A DNA stretch of 62,436 bases, counting the filler, from Rhabdomonas costata (taxonomy: Eukaryota): NCBI GenBank assembly GCA_019059605.1. It is 34 parts of 34 records of this genome, joined end to end, with 100 filler letters (N's around TTAATTAATTAA, not from the genome) between each part and the next. Parts side by side here need not be neighbours in the genome. Positions count along the whole stretch, not along the records: positions 34,959 to 36,696 come from JAHMHO010009809.1; positions 36,797 to 38,536 come from JAHMHO010009810.1; positions 38,637 to 40,374 come from JAHMHO010009811.1; positions 40,475 to 42,213 come from JAHMHO010009812.1; positions 42,314 to 44,051 come from JAHMHO010009813.1; positions 44,152 to 45,889 come from JAHMHO010009814.1; positions 45,990 to 47,727 come from JAHMHO010009815.1; 27 more parts are not named here. One strand, written 5' to 3'. Position numbers and translations under genes: made by a program. Below, one piece after another: positions 35,278 to 47,715 of the stretch; position 1 is the stretch's first letter; each line of letters opens with the position of its first letter. The notes under the pieces were generated by a model. The model ran no database searches. It was given only the letters and a program-made list of their open reading frames with translations, and was not told the DNA's origin.

Positions 35278-36696
35278 CTGCTCAGCGGGTCGGGCCAAGC
35301 GGACCCTTCACTGGTGCAAATGATCCTCTCCGGCGGAGAGGCGATGACCGCGACAGTGTCCGACTGGGTGGACCTGTGTGCCTGCCAGGCTGGGACTCTG
35401 CCGCTGCGCTGCCACCCGTACAGCGTGGAGGGGCTTCTAGGCCAGCTCCGAGGTACTTGCATGGAGAGTGAGTGAGGTCTTTTGTATCGCTGCAGTTGGC
35501 GTTCTTCTGCTTGGGGCCTTCATCGGTTTGTGTGTAATAATAATACGAATGTCGTTCTCTTGAAACCGGGTGGAACATAGGAGAAGAAACTCCCGTCAAG
35601 TCATCAAAACGGATTTTTGTTACGTTTCGTTATAAGTCTCTCACCAACTTTTTGAAAGTTTTGGGTTTATCGATTTTGCCCATCGGGTCGGCTCGTAAAC
35701 CCCCGCTGAGCCCCCCGTGGCGTGGCAGCTGATGGTTTTGCACAGGGGAGCATGAAGACAGAGGCTTTGATATGACACTGCGTACGCGGTCACAATGAAC
35801 GGTTAACCGCCCAGCAGCGGTCAGCGGCCGTCAGATTTTAGGACGACCGCAAATTTGCACTAAGCATTGTACGTTGCACGAGAGCCCCCCCCCCTCAACA
35901 GTTTATGTTATATGTTAAATGCTATGCTTTTTGAGAATTTCGGGATTTGGCATCTTAGAAAAAGGCTGCGCACAATATCTCCTCCCATCGCTTTGGCTTG
36001 AGTTGCTGGGGCAGAGGTTTTCCCAATCTCTGTTATACCTGTGTATCTTTGTCCCTATACTGCTGTAACAATAGTGCAAACCTTTGCTGCAAAAGAAAAC
36101 TCATGGGTGCATTCACTCTCGGTGTACTCAACTCTTAATCGATTGGGGGTGGGGGTGTTTGTTCGTCACTGGAACCTCACTCTTTCAGACTCCCTTGGGG
36201 TGGAGGCGGCACGGCTTCAAGTTGGGCTGCAGCTGGAGATCTGTCCCGCCACGCCATTTGAGATAGTCGGAGACGACTACCGCGTCCAACAGGTTTGCCG
36301 TGCTTGCTTTGGTGAGCAGGCTCATGCGCGCTCACCAGGCATGAGCGGATCGACTCCGGTGGGTTGGTACCACAGAGCTGGCAAGCATTTCCGAGAAAAT
36401 AATCCGTGGTGTGATAGTCCCCACGTGTGGATCTAATGATCCTGAGATGACGAGCCGATCCACGCAAAGGGCGGCCGTAACTTCAGAACCCGGATTTTGG
36501 CACCGCAGGTTTTGATCCACCTCCTTCTCAACGCACTGGATGCCACGCACCGCCTCCCGCGCGCCGAGGGGCGGCCCGACGTCCTGCTTCGGGTCTTCGC
36601 CCGCCCCCACCCCGCCCTGGGCGAGTCTGTGGAGTTTCTGGTGGTAGACAAGGGCTGCGGGATTCCCGCGGCTTGCCACCCCAGGCTCTTCGAGGC
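35278..36696 (+). CDS. Sensor histidine kinase-like protein, end of HisKA and HATPase_c (exons 35278-35452, 36189-36292, 36509-contig end)
   Basis: ILSGGEAMTATVSDWVDL...AGTL (HisKA second helix); IVGDDYRVQQ/VLIHLLLNAL (N box); VVDKGCGIP (G1 box); RLFE (F box). In-frame GT-AG introns. Confidence 0.85.
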
Positions 36697-36877
36697 NNNN
36701 NNNNNNNNNNNNNNNNNNNNNNNNNNNNNNNNNNNNNNNNTTAATTAATTAANNNNNNNNNNNNNNNNNNNNNNNNNNNNNNNNNNNNNNNNNNNNTTTG
36801 TGGGGTCCATAGGCACGACCACCCAAAGAGGTAGGAGCCACGTAAGAGTTCCCGCAGCATAGTTGGAGTGTGACACT

Positions 36878-36889
36878 TGGTAGCAGCGG
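36878..36889 (+). promoter_or_regulatory. Primer-binding site (tRNA-iMet type); degenerate copies at 36948, 37036, 37098, 37135 and 37495
   Basis: Resembles TGGTAGCAGAG, the complement of the 3' end of eukaryotic initiator tRNA. Preceded by CA plus 2 nt. Confidence 0.65.
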
Positions 36890-37519
36890 ATTGTTTACGA
36901 CCAGCGTTTAGCGGAACGTGCGAGAAAAAGTCTACCAGGTTGGCACCTGGTGGCAGAGGAGTAAGTCGAGAAAGCCCCGTGCGGATCGAGGAGTGCAGCT
37001 CTGCGTTGGAGTACCACTTACCACTTTGTGAGACCTGATAGCAGAGTATAGTTGAAAGTCCAAGCCCCTAAAGAGTGCAGCGTGCATCGTTGGCACGTGT
37101 TAGCAGAGTTTGCGTTGGACCAAATTGAGCGCATTGGGAGCAGAGTCCGCGGAGAAATCAAGCGAGGGGTGTTCCACATTTACTAGTGGTTGCAGGGGTT
37201 CAGAGCGCAAAAGACTCCCACCTCCTAGAGAGGAAGGCCGCGAAAACAAGAAAAGATATGCGAGCAATCCATCCACATAGTGCGGGTAGATATTTACTGT
37301 TGGTAAATCCACACAGGGGATTAGTAGGGGAAAGGAAAAGTGCGGCCGCAGGCTCAATGGCAGCGCAGAGGACGCGAGGAGACCCAAGCGACCTAATAGT
37401 GAATCCTGAGCACAGAGGCACAGAATTCCCCCTCCCCCCGAGTGGAGGTCTTCCAGAGGCAGCGCAATACCGAGGGGAGCTAAGTACCATCAATTGGTAA
37501 TCAGAGGGGGAGACGAGTC

Positions 37520-38536
37520 ATGTCAGGAAATCCCCCGCCCCCTAACCCAAGCGCAGCACCAACACCAGCGATGGAGCAAACTTTTCTTACTCAAATGGTT
37601 TCATTCTTTCAGAGCATGGAGCAGCAACAGAGGGCAAATCACGATCTTACTCAGGAGTTGCTGCGCAGAGTGGTTGCTGTGCCCCCAGCAGAAGGTTCGC
37701 AGAGTGGAGGATGCGCCCGCATACACAGTCCCAGAAGTAGCCGGAGCGTTGCGAAAGTTGCAAGAGAAATATCCAGAGTTCCCGAAGTACGACTGGTATC
37801 CAGGAAATTTATTGCCATTGTTGGTTTCTGTAGAGGAACTGAAGGATTTCCGGAGACTTCCAGATCAGGTGGCAATCATCGACGCCACAGGAGCTTTGGG
37901 ATCATACGCTAGAGGGATCGTAGCGCCAGGCCAGACGTTTGCCAACTGGAAAGATTTTGTTGAAACGCTCAAGAGGCGGCTGTGCTCCCAGACCTGGGAC
38001 TATAATGTGGTTTGGAGGTTGGAGAAGCTGAAGATTTCAGAAGGAAACTTTCAGTTTTACCATAAGCAGTTTGTGACTGGGATGAATTTGCTGAAGGGAA
38101 CGATGTTTGAGAGCGAGACCTTATTGCAGTACCTGTTCGTAAGATTGGAAGGGGACATCCAGGCGAAGGTGATGGCGAAGAATCCGAGGAGCCTGAACGA
38201 GGCCATGAAAAAGGCCTGGAGTATTTCCGCAAGCCGAGACCCCATCCACAGGTAATCGTTGCTGCTCCAGAGGGTGCAGTTCAGAGAAGCATAGCGACGG
38301 GGGGCACGTCAATGGATTTAGACGCCATACGATACGGGTACACCCCGTTTTCGTGGAGTAAGGCATTTCTGACGTCGGGAGAGCGGAGTGCAGCCGGTGC
38401 CACATTCACAACTTCAAGAGGGGTGTCATATGTGAGCATGTTGCGGAGGAATTCGAATCTTTTTGAGATGTCGGCGTCTCCGACACTAGCCGCAACAGTG
38501 CCAGCTAGTTCAGTGATGTTTTCCACCAAACCCCAC
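37520..38536 (+). pseudogene. gag: Retrotransposon Gag, interrupted by three +1 homopolymer frameshifts
   Basis: WKDFVETLKRRL...LEKLK...YHKQF...LEGDIQAKV...PRSLNEAMKKA is capsid-like, and the downstream SMDLDAI matches the gypsy PMDLD motif. Confidence 0.8.
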
Positions 38537-38773
38537 NNNNNNNNNNNNNNNNNNNNNNNNNNNNNNNNNNNNNNNNNNNNTTAATTAATTAANNNNNNNN
38601 NNNNNNNNNNNNNNNNNNNNNNNNNNNNNNNNNNNNTGTTTAACGTAACGTGGACCGCGCATCTGTCCGAGCGGAGCCGATGGGATGGGGTCTGAATGCT
38701 TCCTTTTCCTGCTCAAGGGCGGTTTATAAGCATAGGCACACCCCTTGTTCTCTCTCTCTCTCTCTCTGGGCAG

Positions 38774-40280
38774 GTGCTGTCGGAGGTCTTTAGCGTGATG
38801 ATGCTCCTGAAGCTTGAGGTTTTGAGCACCCTCCCACCCATCTGGCATTTCTTTTTGTTGAACCCTTTACCTTTACCTTGGCCTTGCTGTTTGCCAATAC
38901 GTCACGGTGGCCTTGATGTGGGCTCCCCGTTCACGGGTTTCTCTCTCTACCCTTGTGACTACGCAGGCTGCCGTGCTGGAGGATGCACCTTATTGGAACT
39001 TAGCGAACGGTGAGCAAAGCAGAAAACCGAATCCACCAACGATTCCTGGTTTTCTTCTCTGCATGTTTGACGATGTTTGCTGTTGTTCTGCTTTTTGGGT
39101 GGTGTGAAAAATCCTCTGAAAAAAGGCTTGACTCTCCATTCAACCTTCAACCTTCATCACAACAGTCACAACACCGGCATGTCCCCTTTCTCCCCGCAAG
39201 TCCCCTTCCTCTCTGCTCCACACAGGTTTTGAAAATGTACGTGCATCCCAGCCACGGCATTGACCAGTTTCAGGTGCGCCAGTTTTTCGGAATACGCGTG
39301 AAAATACACAATAGTACAGCTTTGTGACTTGGTGCCAATGTCGCTGTCACAATCGTTCAAAGCTGTGCTTGTGCTGCCGCGGCGTGCACTTTTCGGGCCA
39401 AAGGGCTATTTAAAAACGCATAAGTAGCTCCTGCAGGTCTGCAGGTTAGTATACTTGCTAACTTATAACAGCGTGGTCCTGTTTTTCCTGTGTGATGGTG
39501 CGTAAGTGTATGCGCTGCTTGTGTTGCTCTCACCCTCGGCAGTACTTTTTGACAATAATTGCTGGAAGCGGATGAGATGGGTGAGGGTTCGAACGGCTGA
39601 AGCGTCCGAGTAAGGCAAATTTTGATAATGGATTTCTTTGGGTTGCGGGTGAATCACACTGCTTCAGTCGCCCCCAAAACTGTGGTTACTCTTGCAAAAG
39701 TGATGACTCTCCTGTGCCGTTGGTTATCGGTTTTTTGGGAGCGACTTGCCATCATCTGTGTATGCCGGAAAATGTCCATGCACTTTGGCAGGTCACGTCG
39801 CCCGCACTGATATGGGTGCCAATGAGAGGGGAGGGGGGAGGCCGGAATTCAGGAATTAACTGTGGCCGATTGGGATGGCCATGTGGTGTATGGTTTGTTA
39901 TTTTCCGCGTTCCGCTTGTTCCCTTGAATCACAGTTTTTCCACAGTGCCCCCCCCCTCTGTTCCGATCAAAAGCGAGAGTGCCTGCTTCTCGCGGCTTGG
40001 GTTGGCTCTCTGAACTATCTCAGCAAAGCACAAAGGACCGTTATCACTGCATCCATGTGGTGTGGCTTTGATCATCTTTTGGTCGTGTGCTGGTGCGTGC
40101 CGCCCACAGCTGTACGCGCAGGACAAGCAGGAGGCCAATCCCACGCCCTTCCGCCTCTCCCACATCCGGGACCGCCTGCGGGCAGAGCTCACAGTGTGCG
40201 GCATCGGGGGCCACCCCTTTGTCAGCACCCTGAGGGCAGAGCGCCTGCCGCCGATCTTCGCGCCCCTTCCCGGGAACGAG
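38774..40280 (+). CDS. Hypothetical multi-exon protein fragment (approximate exons 38774-38818, 38967-39009, 39225-39272, 40110-40280)
   Basis: Short AG/GT-bounded GC3-rich exons. One phase mismatch is unresolved. Confidence 0.45.
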
Positions 40281-40620
40281 GTCGTTGCCCACCCCTTTCT
40301 GTCCTTTTGGGCCAGGGTGGATTTCTGTTTTTTTTTTTTTTTTTGCGTTTCTGCAAGGCGCAAATCAAAAATGANNNNNNNNNNNNNNNNNNNNNNNNNN
40401 NNNNNNNNNNNNNNNNNNTTAATTAATTAANNNNNNNNNNNNNNNNNNNNNNNNNNNNNNNNNNNNNNNNNNNNGCTGGGTGGACAGTACCGGTTCTGCT
40501 ACAAGGTGTTTGCTTGGGAGTGCGTGTGGTTGAGTGCTACGTTTGTTTTCGGTCAGGAAAGATGAGTTCGTAGGTGTGGCCGTATGTGTTTGTGGCGTAT
40601 CGCCTTCACTGGTGTCTCAG

Positions 40621-42195
40621 GTGACTGGAGGAGGATACGTGGAGCTGTCTCCGCCGGTGAACGTCCCTGGGCCCACCACTACCACTGTGCAGGTAGACGT
40701 GCGCACTGGGGTTGTGACAGACATGCGCGAAGAGGTGGGGGATTCCGTGAGCAGTCGCATACCATGGGACACTGGCCAAGTACCGCGAACTGCGTGGGAA
40801 TGGGAAGACGTCTTGATTTGAGAGCGGGCCGATGGTGGGTCGCAGTGGCTTCCCAACTAACGAGCACCTTATTTTTTTTGGCTTTGGCCACTGTTCCAGG
40901 GAAGCAGCTTTTTGAGCCTCCCAGCCAAAGGCTAGGGTCACAATATTTTGTGGTGGTGTGTTGCGGACCACGAATCACAAATGTAATGGGCCCGAAACAG
41001 TGAAGGCAAGGGCATGCGTGCCGGAGAGAGAGAGAAATAGAGAGGGAGGAAGTACATTGCCGTGGAATTCAGCCGCCGCCTCATCGCTTTCCACATTGTC
41101 GTGGCAGTACGAGCTTCGGACATCCTCCTCTGCATATCCAGTAAGCGTCACCGGAGCAGGGAACCAAAGGAAGGAAGCATTTTGCAGCTACGTGGAGCGC
41201 AGCTGGGGTTGCTGAGAACGGGCGCTTTGGGGGGACACCGCTGGTGTGGAAATCGGGGTTCCGTAAAACTTCGTCCGTCGGGTAAAAGGCTTCGGCGAAT
41301 TTTCTGTTGACCTTTGTACCTATGGAGATAACGGTAGCCCATCTGCGAATACATGCTTGCGAAGCGAGTTTGGCTTGCACGAGGGAAACTTCTTTTCACG
41401 TGATGCGAGGGGAGGACGTGGAGCGGCCGGGACCAAACAAAAACTCTGAAGCCCACTCCTGAACCCAACCCGTTGATGTTTATTTTCGTTAAATGGGTAA
41501 AGCGGAGCTCGGCGAGCGGCTTTTCTTGCCAGGCCTGCATCCAGTTGAGGGACTCGCAGAGGAAGCTTTGTGCGGACAGCCTCCGCAGGTTTTCTGTGAG
41601 GTGGTGGTAGCGTAGCACCGGATGCACCAAGCGATCAGATTTGCATATGCGCAACGTCTGGCTGAGAGGCTCCGGATAGGCAGGTTTTCACACCGAAGAA
41701 TGAGCTGCTGCTGACCACGCTGGGCTTGGGCTAGTCCGGATATACCTCTTTTTGCAGTGCAGGCATTGTTTGTGGGATGTTTTTTTTTGGGGTGGGGGAC
41801 AGGATGTAGCGGAGTGGATTGTATCCGGGATCAGATTGAGTTTCGGCTCGATTGTGTGTTCCAGGAAACACCACCCTGTTCATAGCATTTTCGATGATCC
41901 TATTCATTGTGGTATCTGATATGTTCCTCAGTGGGCGCTGCATGTCTTAGTCGGAATGCAGATCGTTTCGGTTGTTGCCTACTTTTTCTTATTACCACAA
42001 GCAAGCACTCTCTTTGGGATGACTGCAGTCATTGTTCGTCCTTTGTGGCGATGCCACACGCGGTCTGGCACATGGCTTTCTCATTTGGTTCTCAGCTGTT
42101 CCCACCGTGGGGAGTCACTGGAATACCGATGATGCACCAAGTGAGTGGGATGGGGCTGAACTACGCCACGGACTCAGTGGGTCTGTGCGACGGCT
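40621..42195 (+). CDS. Hypothetical protein exons (40621-40734; about 42096-42195)
   Basis: CTCAG acceptors with open frames VTGGGYVELSPPVNVPGP... and LFPPWGVTGIPMMHQ... Confidence 0.4.
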
Positions 42196-42800
42196 CCGGT
42201 CTCCCCCACCACANNNNNNNNNNNNNNNNNNNNNNNNNNNNNNNNNNNNNNNNNNNNTTAATTAATTAANNNNNNNNNNNNNNNNNNNNNNNNNNNNNNN
42301 NNNNNNNNNNNNNTGTGTTGGGTGTGCGTGGTGTGTGTGTGTCCTGAGTCTTTTGCTGTGAGGTGGAAGTGGGTGAGCAAACGTGCTCTGGTGGTGATGG
42401 AACCAACGAGCCTGCAAAGCGATCAGCCGAAATTGGGAGTGTGTGGGTGTGTGAGGGGGTTAGCGTAACGGGAAACCTTTACTAATGATAACCATCGTAT
42501 ACGATTATACTTTTTTCCATTGGGGTCATACGATCACAACAAGTTGTCATGTGCCCCCCCTCCTTCCCATGACCCGAGCACCGCTCCGGCTGGGTCGCGG
42601 CCGTTGTCTCCGCTCGTCCTTGACCTCTCAGCGAAACTGGGTGATTCCGGTTGTGGTGGGAGATGGGATATGGGAGTTTGGCAAACTTGTTACCAGCGGC
42701 AGCGATTACAATCGAATTGCCGCGGTTACCATCGGCGGTTACCGTCGGTTACCATCCGTTTCGGTATCGCCAGCCTCGCGGTTCCTTCACTGTCTCCCAG

Positions 42801-43028
42801 GCGTTTAAAGATATCGGGACGGACGTCCTGAATTACACACTCTCCTTCTCTTTGAGCAAAGACAGGCAGTGGACTTATGTGGTGTTCTGGACGTGTGGTG
42901 GACTGTTCCCTGCCCCAAAAGGTACTTTCCAGTGGCCGCGGAGGCCGCTGGGGTTGCGCGGAACTTGGACTACCACGCGGAGCGGCAGTGCGGGGCCTCG
43001 CTGGCCCAGGTCAATGTCTCCATGAAAG
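42801..43028 (+). CDS. Hypothetical protein exons separated by a very short intron or a frameshift
   Basis: AFKDIGTDVLNYTLSFSLSKDRQWTY... then VAAEAAGVARNLDYHAERQCGASLAQVNVSMK in another frame. Confidence 0.4.
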
Positions 43029-44582
43029 GTGCACCCCCCCCTCTGCTGTTCTTCTTTTTGCGGCATTTTGCAATAGGCCTTCTACCGTCAAACAAAACTC
43101 CCAGACGCCTACTCTCTGCGACTTTCACTACTATTCCAACTCAGCAATCCCGAAACGTCAGCGCAGCTCCCACGCTGTCGGAAGGTTGACGGCTCGCCGC
43201 TAATTATGTCTAAGTGACAGTCAAAGGCGAAACCAAGTGCGCGTGTGGACTGCGGCCTTGCGGCTGCACAGGGGATGGTGCAGAGCTGGCGTCTCTCCTG
43301 TGCACTATCGTACGTATGAATGAACCGTTGCAGTTGGTGCACGTCGCAGGAAGACGGTTCTTGGCGAGAAAGCTGTTCATGACGTTAAGAACTGACTTCG
43401 CTCACCAGCGGAAATTCGTCCCCATCACTTCTTCTTCACCCGCAAGGATGGGACGCATATCCGATCGACCGTGAGGATGGATTCTTGCTGCAACCTTGTC
43501 TGTTGCCACGCCAGCTGGTGCGACCTTGGAGCGACGTCAGGATAGCAGGATAGGGGTCTGATTGATTTGCAGACACAGTGGTCAGGTCAAAGTTGCGCTC
43601 AGGCCCTGAAAAGTCCCGCAACCTCTTCTCAACAATATATCCTTACAATGATTCAGCGGGGCCAGGCAAGCACCGGTGTCTTTGGGCCATTGCCGACTGG
43701 CTGTTCTATTGTTCACGTTGCGGCATCATTCATCGTTGCTGATGAATCGTTCGCCACGTAATGCTCGTGAGAACCACTGGTAGAACGAACCCGAAAGAAC
43801 CTGCCCGGACTGCAAACATTGGAAAGTTGCTGACGATCTCAACAATGATTTTTTGAAAAGGAAAGAAAACATTCAGGAATTTTGGGTGTTTTTTGCCGCG
43901 CAATAAAACGAATTCAAGAACAAATCCCTTGAATGATGTTTGGTGACATCCAATTCTCAAGTACATCCTGAAAACGTCTGTGCAGAGCTGCTCATTCCGG
44001 AAGTGAATTTTCAAGAATTTAGAGACAAAAACACCCAAACACACCCACCACNNNNNNNNNNNNNNNNNNNNNNNNNNNNNNNNNNNNNNNNNNNNTTAAT
44101 TAATTAANNNNNNNNNNNNNNNNNNNNNNNNNNNNNNNNNNNNNNNNNNNNGTGTTGGGTGTGTGTGGTGGGGGGGGTCGGCCCGCCAAGGGCCTCCGCA
44201 CGGGAGGCATCCAGCCGCTGCTTGGCCGCCGTTGCCTGCCACCCGCACAGCGACGCATCGTTTCAAAGGCCGCAATAAGACAGGTCAGGCCGTTACCAAC
44301 AACGAGGGGACCAAAATGAGATACCAGAAGGACTACGCATTTCCATGAGGAAGACTTCAGTACTTCAGATTCCCCTCCCCCTCTTACTCTCCCAAGCCCC
44401 GTCCTGGACCGGTCTCCTCCGCACTGGTGGTGCACCGGAAGTGGGGAGGATACTCGGTGCAACGGAAGTTGTTGGATGCTCTTTTAGCGAGAGCCCAACT
44501 TCACGCAAGCATGCAGCATGCGTGATCGCTGGGGCTCCCTGACTCTTCTGCATGAAATTAGCATGTTGGGGTGGACACATAC

Positions 44583-45600
44583 CTCTGCCGCGGCCTTCTT
44601 GCAGTTCCTCAGCTTCGTTAGGGCGGCCTGGTACTGCAGCTGCTGTGCCACCGTCCACTGGTCGTACTCGTCCTCCGGCACCTCCTGCACGGCAGCCTCC
44701 GCGAGACGAGCCAGAGCCTCCTGCTCGGCCAGGGCGGCCCTGCGGCACTCTACCAGCAGCCCGTCCACATTGAGCTCCACGTGGAACAGTCCTGCACAAC
44801 CGCAACCAGACACACGTACATCACATACATTTTAGGCTGTAGGAGCACACGCTGGGTTGCGCAGGAAGCTTTTTGGGGATATTCCATCTTATGCAACACG
44901 GTCCGACGCACTGGGATGTTAAACGCTTTAGTAACGTTAAACAGTGAGTTACTATACTGAAAATTTTGTATTGGGTTCCCTTGCCCTTCCTCAATGTTTA
45001 TGAAGTGATAGAGGGTGGGCTTCGGTGACTTTACCGGGGAAGAATGATGAACGGTTCACAGGAGACGGCACACTATAGGGACGGACAGAGCTATTTTGGT
45101 GACGAAGGCGGGCGGAGTGGGCGGCTGAGGCGATAGTTTTCGTAGTCATTGGCACCATAATCGACACATAAAGGGGGTTTTCTGGCAGCGGCAGCATAGA
45201 TTTGTACCTTATCGTTTAACGTCAATAAACCATTTACTCCTCCCCCCCCCCCAAAAAAAAAAGAAAAAGGCAACGGACCCCATGCCACATGACAGCAAGC
45301 CCATGGTAGGGAAGCGGAGGAGTGGGGAAGAAGGTTGAGGGCCGGCACACCCTGGCGTCCCGCACTGGCTCGGAAAAGCACCCGGGCAACCAGCTCCTGG
45401 TCTGGCGTGATCTTGCTGGCCACGCCGTCCACGACAACGCCGCGGTGGGCCCACTGCGGGTCCTTCACCAGAACGGCCTCCAGGGCCCGGCTCATATCCT
45501 CCTCGGACAGCAGCAGAGGAGCAGGGGAGTCCGAGGGCTGCGCGGCCGCCGCCGCCGCAGCGGTAGGGCTGGTGGCGTGCGGGGTAGCCCTGGATGACAT
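44583..45600 (-). CDS. Hypothetical protein fragment (exons ~45600-45351, 44791-44583)
   Basis: Phase-1 GT-AG join ...RASAGRQ/GLFHVELNVDGLLVECRRAALAEQEAL...; high GC3. Confidence 0.6.
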
Positions 45601-47115
45601 CCTCCCCGTGGAGGGCTCAGTCGGAGAAAGTGCAGCTGACGAAAGGCAACAAAACGGCCATTAACCCCCAAGCAAACTGAACCATAGACCAGAGACATCA
45701 CCCCCATTCCCCAAGCCACGCGGATTGGTTCTGTCGGGGGCGGGATAACGGTCGTCAGACATATTAGCGGAAGGAGCTGCAGAGGGGAGGAACACAAGAA
45801 CCCTTCGAAACTTTAACTGAAAGCACAGATTCCACAGATTTAATAGCAAACACTACGCAAAAAATGGACTGGCGCTTGCCACACCCAACNNNNNNNNNNN
45901 NNNNNNNNNNNNNNNNNNNNNNNNNNNNNNNNNTTAATTAATTAANNNNNNNNNNNNNNNNNNNNNNNNNNNNNNNNNNNNNNNNNNNNGTGTTTGGGGG
46001 TGTGGGTGAGCTGTGCTCGACAGGTTCGCTATTCAGTGATAAAGTGGTATCGCTCGAGACGAGGTGGCTTCCCATGCCCCAACGCCTTTCTTTGGCATCT
46101 TAATGCAATGACAGCGGGGGGCTCCACTCCGTTTGGATGCGGCTTCCTTCAGTGAGCGCAAAGGGAGCTTTGTGCCGACTGCTGCAAAAGAGTGGCTTTT
46201 GGGCATAGTTTCTGTTAGTGAGCAGAGTTGGGATTGCACGGAAGCTGAGAATACCTGAAGAGTGCACAGGTGGTCGAGGGCATGGGTCAGAAACGTACGC
46301 CAATAAATCCGAACATCGGCACTGTGTGCCTTATTTAAAAGAAGCACTGGCGCCCGGGCAGTTGTGGTCCAGTTCAACAGCTTCCTAACCGCATTTTGAC
46401 CGCCAATATGATCAGTGCGGGACTTCCACCAGGAGTACCGCCCTAGCTCCATCCGTCCAAGGAGGTCCCAACCCCATTGAAAAAAGGCACAGGCAAACTC
46501 ACTATGAACAAAGGGCAGCTGTAAGCCACCCCTCGCTTCAGAGGAAGGGCCCAAAAGCCCCCCCTGCCCTCCCCACGTAAGGGGAGCACAAAACAACGAC
46601 ACAGCGTCAACACTCAAAGCGATGGCAGGCGGCAGATGGTGGGCAGCAAAAGCAGCTGCGGTGCTGCCGAGGCTTCTGGTAGAAGACCCAAAACCTCAAA
46701 CACGACAAGGAGAGTGATGCCATGAAACAGAGCTCACAAAAGGCGCAGGCGAGAAAAGTAACGCTCGGCACAAGTAGGGCGATCATTGGCCTGACGCATC
46801 CTTAGTCAGAGGGTACGAGTAGGTGGCCGACTGGGCTTCAGTGAACCATCCCGGGGGAAATGGAAGGTAACCACCGGTTCAGAAGCTTGTCAAGCGTGTC
46901 ACGAAAGGCACGGGAACGGCACGAAATGAGAGGGAGACCTGGGAATAGGCTCGGGCAAAGCGCCCCAGAGCAGCTCTACACACACAGGGGCATGCTGAAA
47001 AAAGCAAATGAGGAGCAAGACGTGCCGCCCACCCATCTGGCCGCGCCGCGCGGGTGGCGCGCCGCGCCGGTGGTCCATCTCAAGTGCCAGGGGGTTGGCG
47101 CATCCCTCCCCATTT

Positions 47116-47715
47116 CTACATCCGGTGGCAGTGCCGAAGATCGCTGGGAATCTCGTCCTCCCGAGGGGAGACATTGGAAGAGCGTGTGATGCTGGGAGTT
47201 TCGGATAAGTCCACCATCGTGTCTTTGGACAGGTATTTTCCCAGCATTCGGATCATCTGATGAAAGGGGAAGTGGGAAAGTGACAGGAAAAAACACAAAA
47301 ACCCACATTGCGGAACTACTTAGCATCAGTGTACTGCGCACACGTAAAGCGCAGAAGAGCCCGGCAGGAAGTCTCCAGGGTCTGTGGAGAGTTTCGGATT
47401 GGAAGGAGTGGCAGACACCGCACAGGGCAATAAAAGATTTCAGAGAGAACAAGAGCCAGCGTAGGAAACACACGCATATTGATGCGGCTAAAATCAATAA
47501 TCGAGGGCACGAGTGGCATACGGGAAGGATCTATGGCTGTGGGCCTGAATCTTCCTCCCACTCGATGCCACCGGCGCTTCCCTACAAAACTGTTGGAGGG
47601 AGCAGAGCGAAGCCTGCCATGAGGCACACTCTCTCCGGAAAAGGCTTCGGGCTTCGGCCAACATAGCCTCGTGTAAAGCCCGCACCGTGTCCAGGAGGTG
47701 ACCGGATGAGCGATC
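47116..47715 (-). CDS. Hypothetical protein C-terminus (exons ~47715-47614, 47256-47116)
   Basis: LLDTVRALHEAMLAEARSLFRRECASWQ/MIRMLGKYLSKD...*. This join needs a GC donor, and other frames are possible. Confidence 0.4.

Larger units (their letters stand above)
36797..38536 (+). mobile_element. Ty3/gypsy-like LTR retrotransposon 5' part: LTR end, PBS array and gag
   Basis: ...GTGTGACA-CT-TGGTAGCAGCGG at 36868-36889 (LTR-end CA plus iMet-type PBS), followed by an intronless gag-like frame. Confidence 0.8.

Noticed and set aside
41040-41700. 168-aa minus-strand ORF inside a putative intron, as a retroelement fragment
   Set aside because: No RT, endonuclease or intact zinc-finger motif could be recognised.
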